A DNA stretch of 62,860 bases, filler included, from Nitrospinae bacterium RIFCSPLOWO2_12_FULL_45_22 (GCA_001803565.1; 3 parts of 3 records of this genome joined end to end with filler, not necessarily neighbours in it); one strand, 5' to 3'; positions 10,428 to 26,004 are shown, numbered from the whole stretch's first letter. The notes: generated from the letters alone by a model not told the origin. Program-made: numbers and translations.

Positions 10428-10833
10428 CTTACAAGGACACTTATTTTTATAACGCTCGGACCTTAAGCCTTTTCTTTCTATGCGAGAGAAAGGCCAAATG
10501 GTTTTTCTTCTGAATCCAGCGCCCCAACTCTATTGTGTTTTCAATATCGAAAGTCCTAAGTGGTAACACGACTTTCAGTAAAATCCTAAGCTGCGACAGC
10601 GTAATAGATGGTGCTTTTTTCCCCCAACCTTATCTTCAAGTGCCAAAGGAAAAATGGGCCAGCATGCAAGTCAGAATATGGTGATTCCATCCTGGGTATT
10701 TTCTTACCTCATATTGTTTCTTTCTCGTAATCGGTCTTTGTAGCCAGCACAGTGTATTGGCTGGGATGGATACAAAATAGATCGTTCCTACACAACCCTC
10801 TATGGCATCAATAAATTCTGGACTATTGCCATA
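10428..10833 (-). pseudogene. IS701-family transposase remnant (internally deleted, frameshifted) with a probable terminal inverted repeat
   Basis: Minus strand reads YGNSPEF...YFVSIPANTLCWLQRP, then YEVRKYPGWNHHILTCMLAHF, then after frameshifts LWHLKIRLG/KKAPSITLSQLRILLKVVLP...KNHLAFLSHRKKR*. Ends in AAGTGTCCTTGTAAG. Confidence 0.75.
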
Positions 10834-10908
10834 AGTTGAACTATTATGCCAGAAACTGGCATTAAAGAATTTTACTATTCTCAAGAATAGAGTCAAAGTA
10901 TAAAAATT

Positions 10909-11172
10909 TTATAGGAAGGCTATAGGGATATAAGGGAACTCGCACGCCTTACAGGTAGTTGCCTGGGCTATTATTTGTAGTTTTGGCAGACTAAAGACAA
11001 TTACTGCGGCTACTGCCAGGTTGGTATACCGGATATAAGCCAGGTCTGCCCCGGCAATTAGAGAGAATTCTTGTTGGGGTCTCTCTATTTTTACTAATTC
11101 GGAAAGTTGTTCTTGTAAAACTTTTGCGGCTGCGGGTTCAAGGTTCCAGGTATGGAGCTTGTGATAATTCAC
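10909..11172 (-). pseudogene. nfi: Endonuclease V, truncated (N-terminal ~83 aa only)
   Basis: HTWNLEPAAAKVLQEQL, IAGADLAY, AVAAVIV, FPYIP followed shortly by a stop. The canonical continuation (GLLSFRE...DG.G..HPR) is missing. Confidence 0.85.
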
Positions 11173-11484
11173 TTGTATACGGCCTTTTTATAAATTAACT
11201 GCGAAAGGACCAGGATCGCCGAGGTAATTGCGCGATTCGCGTCCATTGTCACTGTGTCTGTAAATAGAAGAGTATCAATTAGTCTTTAAAAGAATGACCC
11301 AAAAAATTAAAGTATCCATCCCTCCCCCAGGGAGCAGCCACCACGTAGGAGCAAATGAGATTATGAACCCCCTTGCCCCTCTCTCTTTGATAAGGTAACA
11401 TATAACCCATATCCAAATTCGGAGAGGAAGAATTATGAAAACCTTAATTATGTTTTTGTTTTTACTATAGGTAGGTAGTTAAGG

Positions 11485-12705
11485 ATGGCTATATGCAAAG
11501 ATTTTGATAAACAGTGGGAATTAATTACCCGGGGCGCGGTAGAGATTCTAGTCCCAGAAGACTTAGAAAGAAAGCTTAAAAACTCTATATCATCTAATAT
11601 GCCTTTAAGAATAAAAGCTGGTTTTGATCCTACTGCACCGGATTTACATCTGGGCCATACCGTCCTTATCCAGAAATTAAGGCACTTTCAGGAATTAGGA
11701 CATGAGGTGATATTCCTCATTGGAGATTTTACTGGCATGATTGGTGACCCTAGCGGCCAATCAGAGACCCGTCGTCCGCTTACCCAGGAAGAAGTGATGG
11801 ATAATGCCAAGACCTATAAACAGCAAATATTTAAGCTCCTGGACCCAGAAAAAACCGTTATTGAATTTAACACTCACTGGCTGGGAAGGATGAGTGCCGG
11901 GGAATTGATCCGATTAAGTGCCCGATATACTGTGGCTAGGATGTTGGAAAGAGATGATTTCCAAAAACGATACCATGACCAGAAACCCATCAGCATTCAT
12001 GAGTTTCTTTATCCACTACTCCAGGGTTATGATTCCGTGGCCCTAAAAGCTGATGTGGAGTTGGGTGGAACCGATCAGAAATTTAACCTCTTAGTAGGGA
12101 GAGATTTGCAAAGGGATTATGGGCAGGAACCACAAGTAGTTATTACCTTGCCCTTACTCGAAGGAACTGATGGGGTGCAAAAGATGAGTAAAAGCCTGAA
12201 TAATTATATAGGGATTGAAGAACCACCCAGAGAGATTTTCGGCAAGATTATGTCCATTTCGGATCGTTTAATGATGCGCTATTATGAACTTCTAAGTGAT
12301 CTCGATTTGGCCGAAATAAACAAGTTAAAAGAGGACATGAACAAAGGTTACATAAATCCTAAAGACGTTAAAGCTCGGCTGGCTAAAGAGATTGTCCAAA
12401 AATTTCATGATAAAGCTAAAGCAGATACAGCGGCCAGAGAGTTTGACCAGATTTTTAAAGATAAAAAATTGCCAGAAATAGTACCGGAGTATAAATGGCG
12501 ATGGGATAAAGATAGGATGTGGGTGCCTTATATTCTAAAGGATCTAGGAATAACTTCGGGAACCTCCGAGGCTCTTCGGTTAATTAAGGAAGGAGCTGTG
12601 AAGGTGAACGGAGAAAGGTTATTAAAAACTGATGCAGAATTATCAAATTCACAGGAATATATCATCAAAGTGGGGAGAAAAAAATTTGTAAAAATCGTCC
12701 CCTAA
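11485..12705 (+). CDS. tyrS: Tyrosine--tRNA ligase
   Basis: [35 protein letters not shown]-terminal S4 domain. Confidence 0.99.
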   Translation: MAICKDFDKQWELITRGAVEILVPEDLERKLKNSISSNMPLRIKAGFDPTAPDLHLGHTVLIQKLRHFQELGHEVIFLIGDFTGMIGDPSGQSETRRPLTQEEVMDNAKTYKQQIFKLLDPEKTVIEFNTHWLGRMSAGELIRLSARYTVARMLERDDFQKRYHDQKPISIHEFLYPLLQGYDSVALKADVELGGTDQKFNLLVGRDLQRDYGQEPQVVITLPLLEGTDGVQKMSKSLNNYIGIEEPPREIFGKIMSISDRLMMRYYELLSDLDLAEINKLKEDMNKGYINPKDVKARLAKEIVQKFHDKAKADTAAREFDQIFKDKKLPEIVPEYKWRWDKDRMWVPYILKDLGITSGTSEALRLIKEGAVKVNGERLLKTDAELSNSQEYIIKVGRKKFVKIVP

Positions 12706-12724
12706 AAAATTTTAAATTTTTCTC

Positions 12725-12752
12725 TTGACACTTTTTAAATAAGAATTATACT
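12725..12752 (+). promoter_or_regulatory. rRNA operon promoter
   Basis: TTGACA-N16-TATACT with an AT-rich upstream tract. boxA-like GTTCTTTGAAA at 12769-12779. Confidence 0.85.
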
Positions 12753-12833
12753 ATAGCCTTGTTAAATAGTTCTTTGAAATAAAGCGGGTGATCTATTGAT
12801 CAATGAGTCAGTATTTTCTTTTATTAAGAGTTT

Positions 12834-14434
<1,601 letters not shown>

Positions 14435-14606
14435 TAATTTCTTCTAGCTACTGGCTGGAAGGGGGATTCCTGAATGGTTGGCACTCCTGATCAATGGTCC
14501 CCGCTTTTTCTCCCAAATTTCTTTATCCTCCATTTCTTGGAGAGAGCTATAGGCTAGATATTTCTGTGAGTATAAGGGAAACAGAGGGAAGGATGAGTTT
14601 AAGTTA

Positions 14607-14683
<77 letters not shown>

Positions 14684-14689
14684 AAGTTT

Positions 14690-14762
14690 GGGGGTGTAGC
14701 TCAGTTGGGAGAGCGCCTGCCTTGCAAGCAGGAGGTCAGCGGTTCGATTCCGCTCATCTCCA
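14690..14762 (+). tRNA. tRNA-Ala(TGC), CCA not encoded
   Basis: GGGGGTGTAGCTCAG...TTGCAAG...CATCTCCA followed by TCA. Confidence 0.97.
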
Positions 14763-14779
14763 TCAAAACAAAGTAATTT

Positions 14780-14791
14780 TGCTCTTTGACA
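14780..14791 (+). promoter_or_regulatory. Spacer boxA antitermination element
   Basis: TGCTCTTTGACA just upstream of 23S. Confidence 0.8.
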
Positions 14792-14818
14792 ATTTGATAA
14801 TAATAAAGAAAGGGTAAT

Positions 14819-17925
<3,107 letters not shown>

Positions 17926-17950
17926 TAACCCTTTCTTGAAGAAATTATTG

Positions 17951-18070
17951 GTCACGGTGGCCATAGCGAAGGGGAAACACCCGTTCCCATCCCGAATACG
18001 GAAGTTAAGCCCTTCTGCGCCGATGGTACTGCATGGGTAACTGTGTGGGAGAGTAGGATGCTGCCGTGGC
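17951..18070 (+). rRNA. rrf: 5S rRNA
   Basis: CACCCGTTCCCATCCCGAATACGGAAGTTAAG, GCCGATGGTACT, GGGAGAGTAGG; terminal stem GTCACGG/CCGTGGC. Confidence 0.98.
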
Positions 18071-18075
18071 AAGGG

Positions 18076-18112
18076 AAAAGCCCATATAGATATTCTATAT
18101 GGGCTTTTTTTT
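18076..18112 (+). terminator. Rho-independent terminator of the rRNA operon
   Basis: AAAAGCCCATATAGA-TAT-TCTATATGGGC followed by a run of 9 T. Confidence 0.92.
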
Positions 18113-18227
18113 CTATCTCCAAAGTCTTCTCCCCTATTTCCCTCCGGTGATTTATACTTTACAACCCTTAATGCTTTATGTTAGTATTTTAACCAGTAAA
18201 AAAATACGATTTCTATCAACCTTTCGT

Positions 18228-18355
18228 AATTAGTTGCCACTGCAAAATGGGGTGTCGGGTAAGTTCGGCGCTACATGCATTATGAAGACGATATTGCTAT
18301 AAAAATAGGTAGTGGCAAAGCTTGCTTTGCTGGTTTTTTTCAGTGGCAACTGATT
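18228..18355. mobile_element. MITE-like element with 20-bp terminal inverted repeats containing a GTAG-REP
   Basis: AATTAGTTGCCACTGCAAAA / TTTTTCAGTGGCAACTGATT (18/20 complementary). Internal GTAGTGGCAAAGCTTGCTTTGC at 18309-18330. Confidence 0.7.
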
Positions 18356-18415
18356 AAAGTTGTTTAAAACTGATAAAATTAGATCAATACAAAGGATTTT
18401 AGAGAGAGGGATATA

Positions 18416-19165
18416 ATGTCAGGCCATTCTAAATGGGCGAGTATCAAACACAAAAAGGCGGCCGTAGATGCCCGCCGAGGTAAGGTTTTTACCAAGTTGA
18501 TAAAAGAGATTACTGTAGCGGCCAGGTTAGGAGGTGGGGATCTAGAGGCAAACCCTCGCCTGAGGACAGCAATCCTGGCGGCTAAAGCAAACAATATGCC
18601 TCAGGATAATATTCAGCGTGCTATTAAAAAAGGGACGGGTGAATTGCCCGGTACTTCTTATGAGGAGGCATCTTATGAGGGGTATGGTACTGGCGGGATA
18701 GCGGTGCTGGTAAATATCTTAACCGAGAATAAAAATCGTACCCTCTCGGAGATTAGATATATCTTTTCAAAAAATGGTGGTAGCCTGGGGGAGGCGGGCT
18801 GTGTATCATGGTTATTTGAGAAGAAGGGGCAGATATTAGTAGAAGAAGGCAAGGTGGATGAGGATGAGTTATTTATGGTAGCTCTGGAGGCGGGGGCGGA
18901 AGATGTAAGAAAAGATGGTAGCACCTATGAGATCATTACGCAGGCTAAGGACTTTGAAGTAGTCAAAAAGGCATTAGAAGCTCATGGGGTAGAAGTCTCG
19001 GTAGCGGAAATTACTATGTTACCCCAAACTACCGTCAAACTAGAAAGTAAGCAGGCCCAGCAGATGCTCAAACTGATGGAAACTTTAGAAGATCATGATG
19101 ATGTTCAACATGTCTATGCCAATTTTGATATTCCCGAAGAGGTTATGGCCGAGATGATCGCTTAG
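18416..19165 (+). CDS. yebC: YebC/PmpR family protein
   Basis: [32 protein letters not shown]; upstream of ruvC. Confidence 0.97.
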   Translation: MSGHSKWASIKHKKAAVDARRGKVFTKLIKEITVAARLGGGDLEANPRLRTAILAAKANNMPQDNIQRAIKKGTGELPGTSYEEASYEGYGTGGIAVLVNILTENKNRTLSEIRYIFSKNGGSLGEAGCVSWLFEKKGQILVEEGKVDEDELFMVALEAGAEDVRKDGSTYEIITQAKDFEVVKKALEAHGVEVSVAEITMLPQTTVKLESKQAQQMLKLMETLEDHDDVQHVYANFDIPEEVMAEMIA

Positions 19166-19174
19166 GTATTAGCC

Positions 19175-19690
19175 ATGCGGGTTTTAGGGATAGATCCAGG
19201 GACCATTGTAACAGGTTATGGGGTTGTAGAAGAGAAGGGAGGGAAGTTATGGGCATTGGACTGGGGAGCTATTCAGACAGCAACCGATCCTTTGCCTTTT
19301 AGGTTAAAGAAGATTTATAAAGGCTTAGAAGAAATCCTGGAAAAGTTTAAACCCAACACGGTAGCCGTAGAGAGCATTTTTTATGCTAAGAATGTAAGAA
19401 GCGCTCTAAAGCTAGGTCAGGCAAGGGGTATTGCTCTTCTTTCGGCTGCGTCTTATGATGTAGAAGTCGTAGAATATACACCACTAGAAGTCAAACAGGC
19501 AGTAGTAGGATATGGTAGAGCAGGGAAGGAGCAGGTGCAAGAGATGGTGGCTTTTCTTCTAGGATTGAATAATTCTTTAACTTCTACTGATGCTTCTGAT
19601 GCCTTAGCCCTAGCTATCTGTCATATTCATTCCTACAAGGTGAAGCATGCTTGTGGAGCGATAAAATATCCTCCCAAAGTCTCCAAATAG
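19175..19690 (+). CDS. ruvC: Holliday junction resolvase RuvC
   Basis: LGIDPG, AVESIF, LGQARG, VKQAVVGYGRAGKEQV, DASDALALAICH. Confidence 0.98.
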   Translation: MRVLGIDPGTIVTGYGVVEEKGGKLWALDWGAIQTATDPLPFRLKKIYKGLEEILEKFKPNTVAVESIFYAKNVRSALKLGQARGIALLSAASYDVEVVEYTPLEVKQAVVGYGRAGKEQVQEMVAFLLGLNNSLTSTDASDALALAICHIHSYKVKHACGAIKYPPKVSK

Positions 19691-19714
19691 CTTAAAAAGC
19701 ATCCCGGGGCCAAG

Positions 19715-20332
19715 TTGATAGGGAAGATTACGGGAAGACTTTCATACCGATCTTTAAATCAAATAATAGTAGATGTTAATGGTGTAGGATATCAAATCTT
19801 CATACCGCTCTCCACTTATTATCACCTTCCCGATCTCAATGAGTCACTAACCCTCTTTATCTCTACCTATGTGCGTGAAGATACCCTAAACCTGTTCGGT
19901 TTTTTTGACCTGGAAGACAAGGAGATGTTTGAGTCTCTACTCCGTATCAGCAAGATTGGTCCCAAGCTGGCCCTTAATATCCTATCTGGCATACCAGTTA
20001 AGGAACTTAAGGAGGCAATAAGCAGAGGGGACATACAAAGGCTTCACTCTATCCCGGGGATTGGCTTAAAGACGGCTGAGAGGATATCCCTGGAATTGAG
20101 GGATAAGTTAGGCGCCAGTAGGACTCCAGATAGGTCTTATCCAGCTCAAGACATGAGGGGAGGGGAGGATCAGAAGTTCCAAGATGCTCTCTCAGCCTTG
20201 ATAAATCTCGGTTACCATAAAACTCAAGCAGAGAAGGCTATTGAGAAAGTTAGATCCGCTTCCGGTGAGGAAATTTCATTGGAAGAATTAATAAAAGAGT
20301 CATTAAAAATTTTAGCCCGGCATAAGCTATGA
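19715..20332 (+). CDS. ruvA: Holliday junction branch migration protein RuvA
   Basis: [45 protein letters not shown] start. Confidence 0.97.
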   Translation: MIGKITGRLSYRSLNQIIVDVNGVGYQIFIPLSTYYHLPDLNESLTLFISTYVREDTLNLFGFFDLEDKEMFESLLRISKIGPKLALNILSGIPVKELKEAISRGDIQRLHSIPGIGLKTAERISLELRDKLGASRTPDRSYPAQDMRGGEDQKFQDALSALINLGYHKTQAEKAIEKVRSASGEEISLEELIKESLKILARHKL

Positions 20333-21351
20333 AAAAAGAAAAAGATAGCCTATTATTCCCCCAGAGAGAAGAGGGCGAGCAGGAATTAAATTTTGAAGCG
20401 GGTATTAGGCCAAAAAGCCTGGATGATTATGTTGGCCAGGAGAAGCTCAAGGCCAATCTAAAGATTTTCATTGAGGCCGCTAAAGCCCGGTGTGAGCCCC
20501 TAGACCACGTCCTTTTCCATGGACCACCGGGCCTAGGAAAGACCACCTTAGCCCATATAATCTCTTATGAGATGGGGGTTAATATTAAGGCTACCTCTGG
20601 TCCCGTTATAGAGCGAGCGGGAGACTTAGCGGCTATCCTGACTAACTTACAAGACAAAGATGTGCTATTTATTGACGAGATCCATCGCCTGAATCATGTG
20701 GTCGAAGAGATTCTTTATCCTGCGATGGAAGATTTTAAGCTGGACCTCATTATTGGTCAGGGCCCCAGTGCCAGGATAATCAAATTAGAGTTACCGCGCT
20801 TTACCCTTATAGGGGCTACTACCCGGGCGGGTCTAATGACTTCCCCTCTCCGGGATCGTTTTGGTATGATTAGCCGATTAGAGTTTTATAATCACCCGGA
20901 GTTGCAGATAATTATTGAACGGTCTGCCCGGATTTTTGATATAGCGATAGATAGCCAGGGGTCCTGGGTGATAGCTTGCCGGTCTCGGGGGACTCCCCGG
21001 GTTGCTAACCGCTTATTACGCCGCGTGAGGGATTATGCCCAGGTAAAAGCCGACGGCTTTATCACCCAGCAGATAGCCCAGGAGGCTCTGGATCTACTGG
21101 AGGTTGACCATAATGGCTTGGACAAGATGGACCGGAAATTACTTTCCACTATCATAGAAAAATTTAATGGTGGCCCGGTGGGTATAGAGACTCTATCGGC
21201 TGCTATAAATGAAGAGAAGGATACCATTGAGGACGTCTATGAGCCTTATTTACTACAGGAAGGCTTCATAGATCGTACCCCCCGGGGTAGAGTAGTTACA
21301 CCTCTGGCTTATAAGCATTTAGGATACCAGGTCAAAGAATGCAAAGATTAA
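20329..21351 (+). CDS. ruvB: Holliday junction branch migration ATPase RuvB
   Basis: [44 protein letters not shown]. Confidence 0.99.
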   Translation: MKKEKDSLLFPQREEGEQELNFEAGIRPKSLDDYVGQEKLKANLKIFIEAAKARCEPLDHVLFHGPPGLGKTTLAHIISYEMGVNIKATSGPVIERAGDLAAILTNLQDKDVLFIDEIHRLNHVVEEILYPAMEDFKLDLIIGQGPSARIIKLELPRFTLIGATTRAGLMTSPLRDRFGMISRLEFYNHPELQIIIERSARIFDIAIDSQGSWVIACRSRGTPRVANRLLRRVRDYAQVKADGFITQQIAQEALDLLEVDHNGLDKMDRKLLSTIIEKFNGGPVGIETLSAAINEEKDTIEDVYEPYLLQEGFIDRTPRGRVVTPLAYKHLGYQVKECKD

Positions 21352-21410
21352 AGCGAAAAGCGCAAAATTAAGGAATTATTCCTTAACTTTACACATTGCA
21401 TCTTTAGCTT
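21348..21410. repeat. Heptamer-type dispersed repeat, copy 1 (copy 2 at 58052-58121)
   Basis: TTAAAGCGAAAAGCGCAAAATTAAGGAATTATTCC matches 58052-58086 at 33/35 positions. Confidence 0.85.
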
Positions 21411-21417
21411 CCTTGAG

Positions 21418-22350
21418 GTGGGCATGGGGTCTTCTTATCTGGATTTATTAGAAAAAGGTGAACTAGAAAGACGGGTAGAGGAAGGGTATAACCTTTTGGG
21501 TAGTTGCCGGGTTTGTCCGAGAAGTTGTGGAGTAGACCGGTTAAGAGATGAGAAAGGCTTTTGTCGTTCCGGTTTTCTCCCGATGGTTGCTAGTTATACC
21601 CTCCATTATGGCGAAGAGCCTCCATTAAGCGGCATTAGGGGTTCGGGCACGATATTCTTTTCTAATTGCAACATGCGTTGTGTATATTGTCAGAATTATC
21701 CCATAAGTCAGCTAGGGGCTGGCCGTATTGTAGGGCTAGAAGACCTGAGCAAAATGATGCTCAGTTTGCAAGAAAGGGGTGCCCACAATATTAATCTGGT
21801 TACCCCTTCCCATTTTGTTCCCCAGATTCTTGCTGCCTTACTGCTTGGTGCCAGGGCTGGCTTGCGGCTCCCACTAGTATATAATACCAGCGGGTATGAT
21901 GGACTAGATTCCTTGCGGCTCTTGGAGGGAGTTTGCGATATGTATCTGGCAGATTTTCGCTATTTTGATTCCCATATGGCATTGAAATATTCTGCTACAG
22001 AGAACTACCCCCAGGTAGCTAGAGTAGCCATAGAGGAAATGTATAGGCAGGTAGGGTATTTAATCCTGTCGCCCGAAGGGATTGCCCAGAGAGGTTTAAT
22101 AGTAAGGCATCTTATATTGCCTAATGATATAGCCGGAACCAGCAAGGTCTTGCATTCCCTACTTTCAGAGATATCTCCTGAGCTCTACCTGAGTGTAATG
22201 AGCCAATATTTCCCTGCTTATAATGCCTTTGATTATCCTGAACTCAGTAGGCGTATATCCTGGGACGAGCATCAAGCAGCATTAGGGATTATTGATCAGA
22301 TCGGCATATCTAATGGCTGGATTCAAGAAGTCGAAGCAGAAGTAAAGTGA
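21418..22350 (+). CDS. Radical SAM protein, PflX-like
   Basis: CRVCPRSC, HYGEEPPLSG..GSGTIFF, CNMRCVYCQN, AHNINLVTP, RHLILP. Confidence 0.9.
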   Translation: MGMGSSYLDLLEKGELERRVEEGYNLLGSCRVCPRSCGVDRLRDEKGFCRSGFLPMVASYTLHYGEEPPLSGIRGSGTIFFSNCNMRCVYCQNYPISQLGAGRIVGLEDLSKMMLSLQERGAHNINLVTPSHFVPQILAALLLGARAGLRLPLVYNTSGYDGLDSLRLLEGVCDMYLADFRYFDSHMALKYSATENYPQVARVAIEEMYRQVGYLILSPEGIAQRGLIVRHLILPNDIAGTSKVLHSLLSEISPELYLSVMSQYFPAYNAFDYPELSRRISWDEHQAALGIIDQIGISNGWIQEVEAEVK

Positions 22351-22360
22351 TACTGAGGGC

Positions 22361-22897
22361 ATGAGACCATTATTATTACATGTCTGTTGTGCTAATTGCA
22401 CTCCGTTCCCCTGGCAGAGATTAAGGGAGGCGGGATTTTCTGTAAAGTGTTACTTTTATAATCCTAATATCCATCCCTATCAAGAATATCATCGCCGACT
22501 GAACACTTTTTTGCAACTAGCTGACCAATGGGCTCTAGATATAATATTAGCAGAAGATTATGAATTAGAAGAATTTTTGCGCGGGGTGGTCTCTTGCGAA
22601 GGGGATCGCTGTATCTACTGCTATACAATGCGACTCCGAACCACGGTCGAGTTAGCAAAAAGAAGTCAATATGACTCTTTTTCTACGACACTGCTTTATA
22701 GCAAATATCAAAAGCACGATAAGATAAAGGCCATAGGTGAAGAATTAGCCCGGCAGTACGGGCTTGAATTTTATTATCAGGATTTCAGAGATGGCTGGCA
22801 AGAGGGTGTAGAGCTTTCTAAGAAGATGGGACTGTATCGCCAGAAATATTGTGGCTGCATATATAGTGAAAAAGAGAGGTATTATCAGCCGTGTTAG
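22361..22897 (+). CDS. queH: Epoxyqueuosine reductase QueH (DUF208)
   Basis: LLHVCCANC, YNPNIHP..EY.RR, RCIYCY..RL, YRQKYCGC. Confidence 0.93.
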   Translation: MRPLLLHVCCANCTPFPWQRLREAGFSVKCYFYNPNIHPYQEYHRRLNTFLQLADQWALDIILAEDYELEEFLRGVVSCEGDRCIYCYTMRLRTTVELAKRSQYDSFSTTLLYSKYQKHDKIKAIGEELARQYGLEFYYQDFRDGWQEGVELSKKMGLYRQKYCGCIYSEKERYYQPC

Positions 22898-23973
22898 CAA
22901 GGCACAAACCTCATTTAACCATGGAGGGGAAATTATTCCTTTTGTTTACCCTGGCAGTGGGAGTGGCTTCACTTAATACTGCCGTGAACCTCCTCTATAT
23001 GATCTTTTCTATGTTACTAGCGGTGTTCATAATAAGCTGGATTATCCCCAGGGTACTGGTTGAGGGGTTAGAGCTAAAAAGGTCTTTGCCAGGCTCTATC
23101 TTTGCCCAAGAAGAGTTTCAAGGAGAAATCACTCTGTATAACAAAAAAAGGTTCTTTTCTACTACCTCTTTGTTGGTAGAGGAACAAATCCCTTCCCCAT
23201 ATTTCTCTTTCCCGCAAGCCTATGCCTTACAAATCCCAGCAAAAGGTAAAATAACCCTTCGGTATAGAGCTAGCATAGCAAAAAGAGGGGTTTATCAACT
23301 TAATGGTTTTCGGGTGCTATGCAGCTTCCCCTTTGGATTGTTTAACCAACAAAAGGAATACTCTTACCCCGCTACCTTATGGGTGTATCCTAAATTAGGC
23401 AAGATCTTAGCCCCTATCAGTTTCAATAACGGTCAAGGGCCTTTGGCTATGGTAGCCTGGGGAACTGGAGGAGAAGAATTTCATGCCTTAAGGGAATTTC
23501 GTCCGGGAGATAATCCTAAATGGATCCACTGGAAATCATCGGCCCGTGCGGGAAAATGGATGACTAAGGAGTTTGAACGGGAACACCCCGAGAAAGTTTC
23601 TCTGTTGCTCTATAACTATATATTAAGTACCGAAGAAGTGCTGGAGAAGTCCATAAGCCTCTGCGCTACCCTGGCAAGATATTTGTTAGATGCAGGGTAT
23701 CCTTTACAATTCTCCACCTTTAACCCAAATCCGGTCAGCCTATCCTTAGCCCCCAATTCCCAGGAAGATTTCCAACTCCTACTAAGAACTTTAACCCTAC
23801 TTAAGCCGTCACCCAGACCGGTAGACATAAAGTCTTTGATTAAATCTGATACTGAGACCATCCTGATCCTTCCGGGCAAAGATAGTACAGATAAGGGATG
23901 GGAAGAGAATGTCGGGCGGCTACAAATTATTGATGTAACCCAGCCGGAATTCGATGTTATGTATTCCGATTAA
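22891..23973 (+). CDS. DUF58 domain membrane-anchored protein
   Basis: N-terminal TMs with NTAVNLLY, FPFGLF, EFHALREFRPGDNPKWIHWKSSAR. Confidence 0.9.
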   Translation: MLARHKPHLTMEGKLFLLFTLAVGVASLNTAVNLLYMIFSMLLAVFIISWIIPRVLVEGLELKRSLPGSIFAQEEFQGEITLYNKKRFFSTTSLLVEEQIPSPYFSFPQAYALQIPAKGKITLRYRASIAKRGVYQLNGFRVLCSFPFGLFNQQKEYSYPATLWVYPKLGKILAPISFNNGQGPLAMVAWGTGGEEFHALREFRPGDNPKWIHWKSSARAGKWMTKEFEREHPEKVSLLLYNYILSTEEVLEKSISLCATLARYLLDAGYPLQFSTFNPNPVSLSLAPNSQEDFQLLLRTLTLLKPSPRPVDIKSLIKSDTETILILPGKDSTDKGWEENVGRLQIIDVTQPEFDVMYSD

Positions 23974-23997
23974 TCCTGAATCCTGGATCAAGAGCAG

Positions 23998-26004
23998 ATG
24001 AGTTTAATCAAAGTGTTCAATTTTACCACTTGTCTGATGGTAATGGCAGGGGCTTTATCTCTTGCGGTAGCTGAAGAATCCCTGACTTATACTACTATAA
24101 TCCTGGTGGGAGTAATTACTAGTTATTTTTGGGTAGAGGAGAAAAAAGTCTTTTATCTAAGTGAGAGATTAAAAACCCCCCTCACTATTATTTATCTCCT
24201 CTTTGCCTTCCTTGATATGTCTCTCTTCTCCCGCTCTTTTGTTATGACCCTAGCCCATTTGCTCCTTTTAATCCAGCTTACAAAGCTGCTGGGGAAGAAA
24301 TCGGATGGCGATTATTTCCAGATTTATCTTATAAGCCTGGCACTTCTTATTGTAGCAGCCGTAATTACAGTAGAGCTATATTTTTTCTTCTTCTTTATCG
24401 GTGTTGTTATTTTCGGTTCAGTTGCCCTGGCTCTGTTCCAGATCAAGCGGCAGGCCCCTTCTGAGAACCTACCCCCTGGGACCTTTCTTGGGGCTACTAT
24501 TTGTCCAGCTATCTCCGTTCTTATCTTTACCACCTTCCTGTTCTTTCTCGTCCCTAGAATAGGCTTTGGGTTTTTGCAGCGGAACTTCAAAGGGCCCTCC
24601 CTGACTAGTGGCTTTTCCGAGGAAGTAGAATTGGGCGCTATCGGTAGCATTAAAGAAGGGTATGAGGTAGTTATGCGGATAAAACCGGGTAAGACGGCTA
24701 AGCGCCTGCCTGAAGCACGACTCTGGAGAGGAATAGCCCTAACCGACTATGATGGCGGTAAATGGCGGGTTGATTCTAATAAAATTAAAAGAGTTAGGGC
24801 CAATAAAAAAGGAGTTATCACACTGAAGGAAGTAGACGGCCAGAACCTATATTGGGAAGAGGTTATCCTTAATCCAATGGACTCAAAGGTAATATTTGTC
24901 CCTTATCAGACCAGCTATATCCAGAGCGATCTGCCGATTATCGAGGTGGATAATACTTCTTCCTTATTTGGCCCCGGGCCCCACTATCGCGGGCGAGAAT
25001 ATTCAATATATCTTTTACCTGGAGAGGAAAAACAGACGTTCTTAGCTGGTGGCGAGGAGTCTTGCCTTAGGCTTTCTCATCCCTTTACCAGGGTGAGGGA
25101 GCTGGCTTCAAAGATAACCCAGGGCACCCATGACCCATGGGAAAAAGGCAAAAGGATAGAGGCTTATTTAAAGAACAACTTTGGCTATACCTTAAAACTT
25201 ACCCAGAGCCGGGGTCTTGATCCAGTGGAGGATTTTTTGTTTAATAGGAAAAAGGGCCACTGTGAATTTTTTGCCTCAGCTATGGTAATAATGCTTCGGA
25301 GCTTGAATATCCCGGCACGGGTAGTGAATGGTTTTCTGGTAGAAGAATGGAATGATTTTGGTGGGTATTATTTAGTGAGGGAGAAAGACGCCCATAGCTG
25401 GGTAGAGGCCTATATAGCCGGAAAGGGGTGGATTGTTTTTGATCCAACACCACCGCAGGCTGGCTTCTGGCTCCGCGATACCTTATTCCCACTGGTTTAT
25501 CAACTATATGATTATCTGGAGCTTAACTGGGATTCTTATGTGGTGGCCTATAACATCTGGGATCAAAGGCGTATGGTCCAGTCTCTTCTAGACACCCAAA
25601 ACCGTCTCCTGGTATGGACTGAAACCCAACTAAGGGCCTTAGTAGATCATATTTCCCGGGTTGAATTTTCTACTAGCATATTTTTACTTACTAGCTTAAT
25701 TTTATTTGTCTTCGGCCTTCTGTATAGAGCCTGCAGGCTGCCCTTTTCCTTAAAAAGGCATCCAGGAGTTACAAAATTCTACCTAAGACTCTTGTCTATC
25801 CTGGCCAGGAAGGGGATTAGTAAGGAAAGGCATCTGACACCCTGGGAGTTTGCCCAGCAAGTAATAGACGAGAAGGGGGACAAATTTGCTTGTGTGGGAC
25901 TCATAACTCAGAGATATTATCAGAGCCGTTATGGTGGCTATAGACTATCCCAGAACGATCTGAAACAGATAGATGATCTATTAAAAGGATTAGTTACATT
26001 ATAA
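23998..26004 (+). CDS. TgpA-like transglutaminase (DUF3488 + transglutaminase core + DUF4129)
   Basis: Multi-TM N-terminus, SGFSEEVELG, GHCEFFASAM, AHSWVEAY, FDPTP (Cys-His-Asp triad). Confidence 0.92.
   Translation: MSLIKVFNFTTCLMVMAGALSLAVAEESLTYTTIILVGVITSYFWVEEKKVFYLSERLKTPLTIIYLLFAFLDMSLFSRSFVMTLAHLLLLIQLTKLLGKKSDGDYFQIYLISLALLIVAAVITVELYFFFFFIGVVIFGSVALALFQIKRQAPSENLPPGTFLGATICPAISVLIFTTFLFFLVPRIGFGFLQRNFKGPSLTSGFSEEVELGAIGSIKEGYEVVMRIKPGKTAKRLPEARLWRGIALTDYDGGKWRVDSNKIKRVRANKKGVITLKEVDGQNLYWEEVILNPMDSKVIFVPYQTSYIQSDLPIIEVDNTSSLFGPGPHYRGREYSIYLLPGEEKQTFLAGGEESCLRLSHPFTRVRELASKITQGTHDPWEKGKRIEAYLKNNFGYTLKLTQSRGLDPVEDFLFNRKKGHCEFFASAMVIMLRSLNIPARVVNGFLVEEWNDFGGYYLVREKDAHSWVEAYIAGKGWIVFDPTPPQAGFWLRDTLFPLVYQLYDYLELNWDSYVVAYNIWDQRRMVQSLLDTQNRLLVWTETQLRALVDHISRVEFSTSIFLLTSLILFVFGLLYRACRLPFSLKRHPGVTKFYLRLLSILARKGISKERHLTPWEFAQQVIDEKGDKFACVGLITQRYYQSRYGGYRLSQNDLKQIDDLLKGLVTL

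Noticed and set aside
11180-11484. T-box leader upstream of tyrS
   Set aside because: No T-box consensus (GGTGGNACCGCG) or terminator/antiterminator pair is seen.
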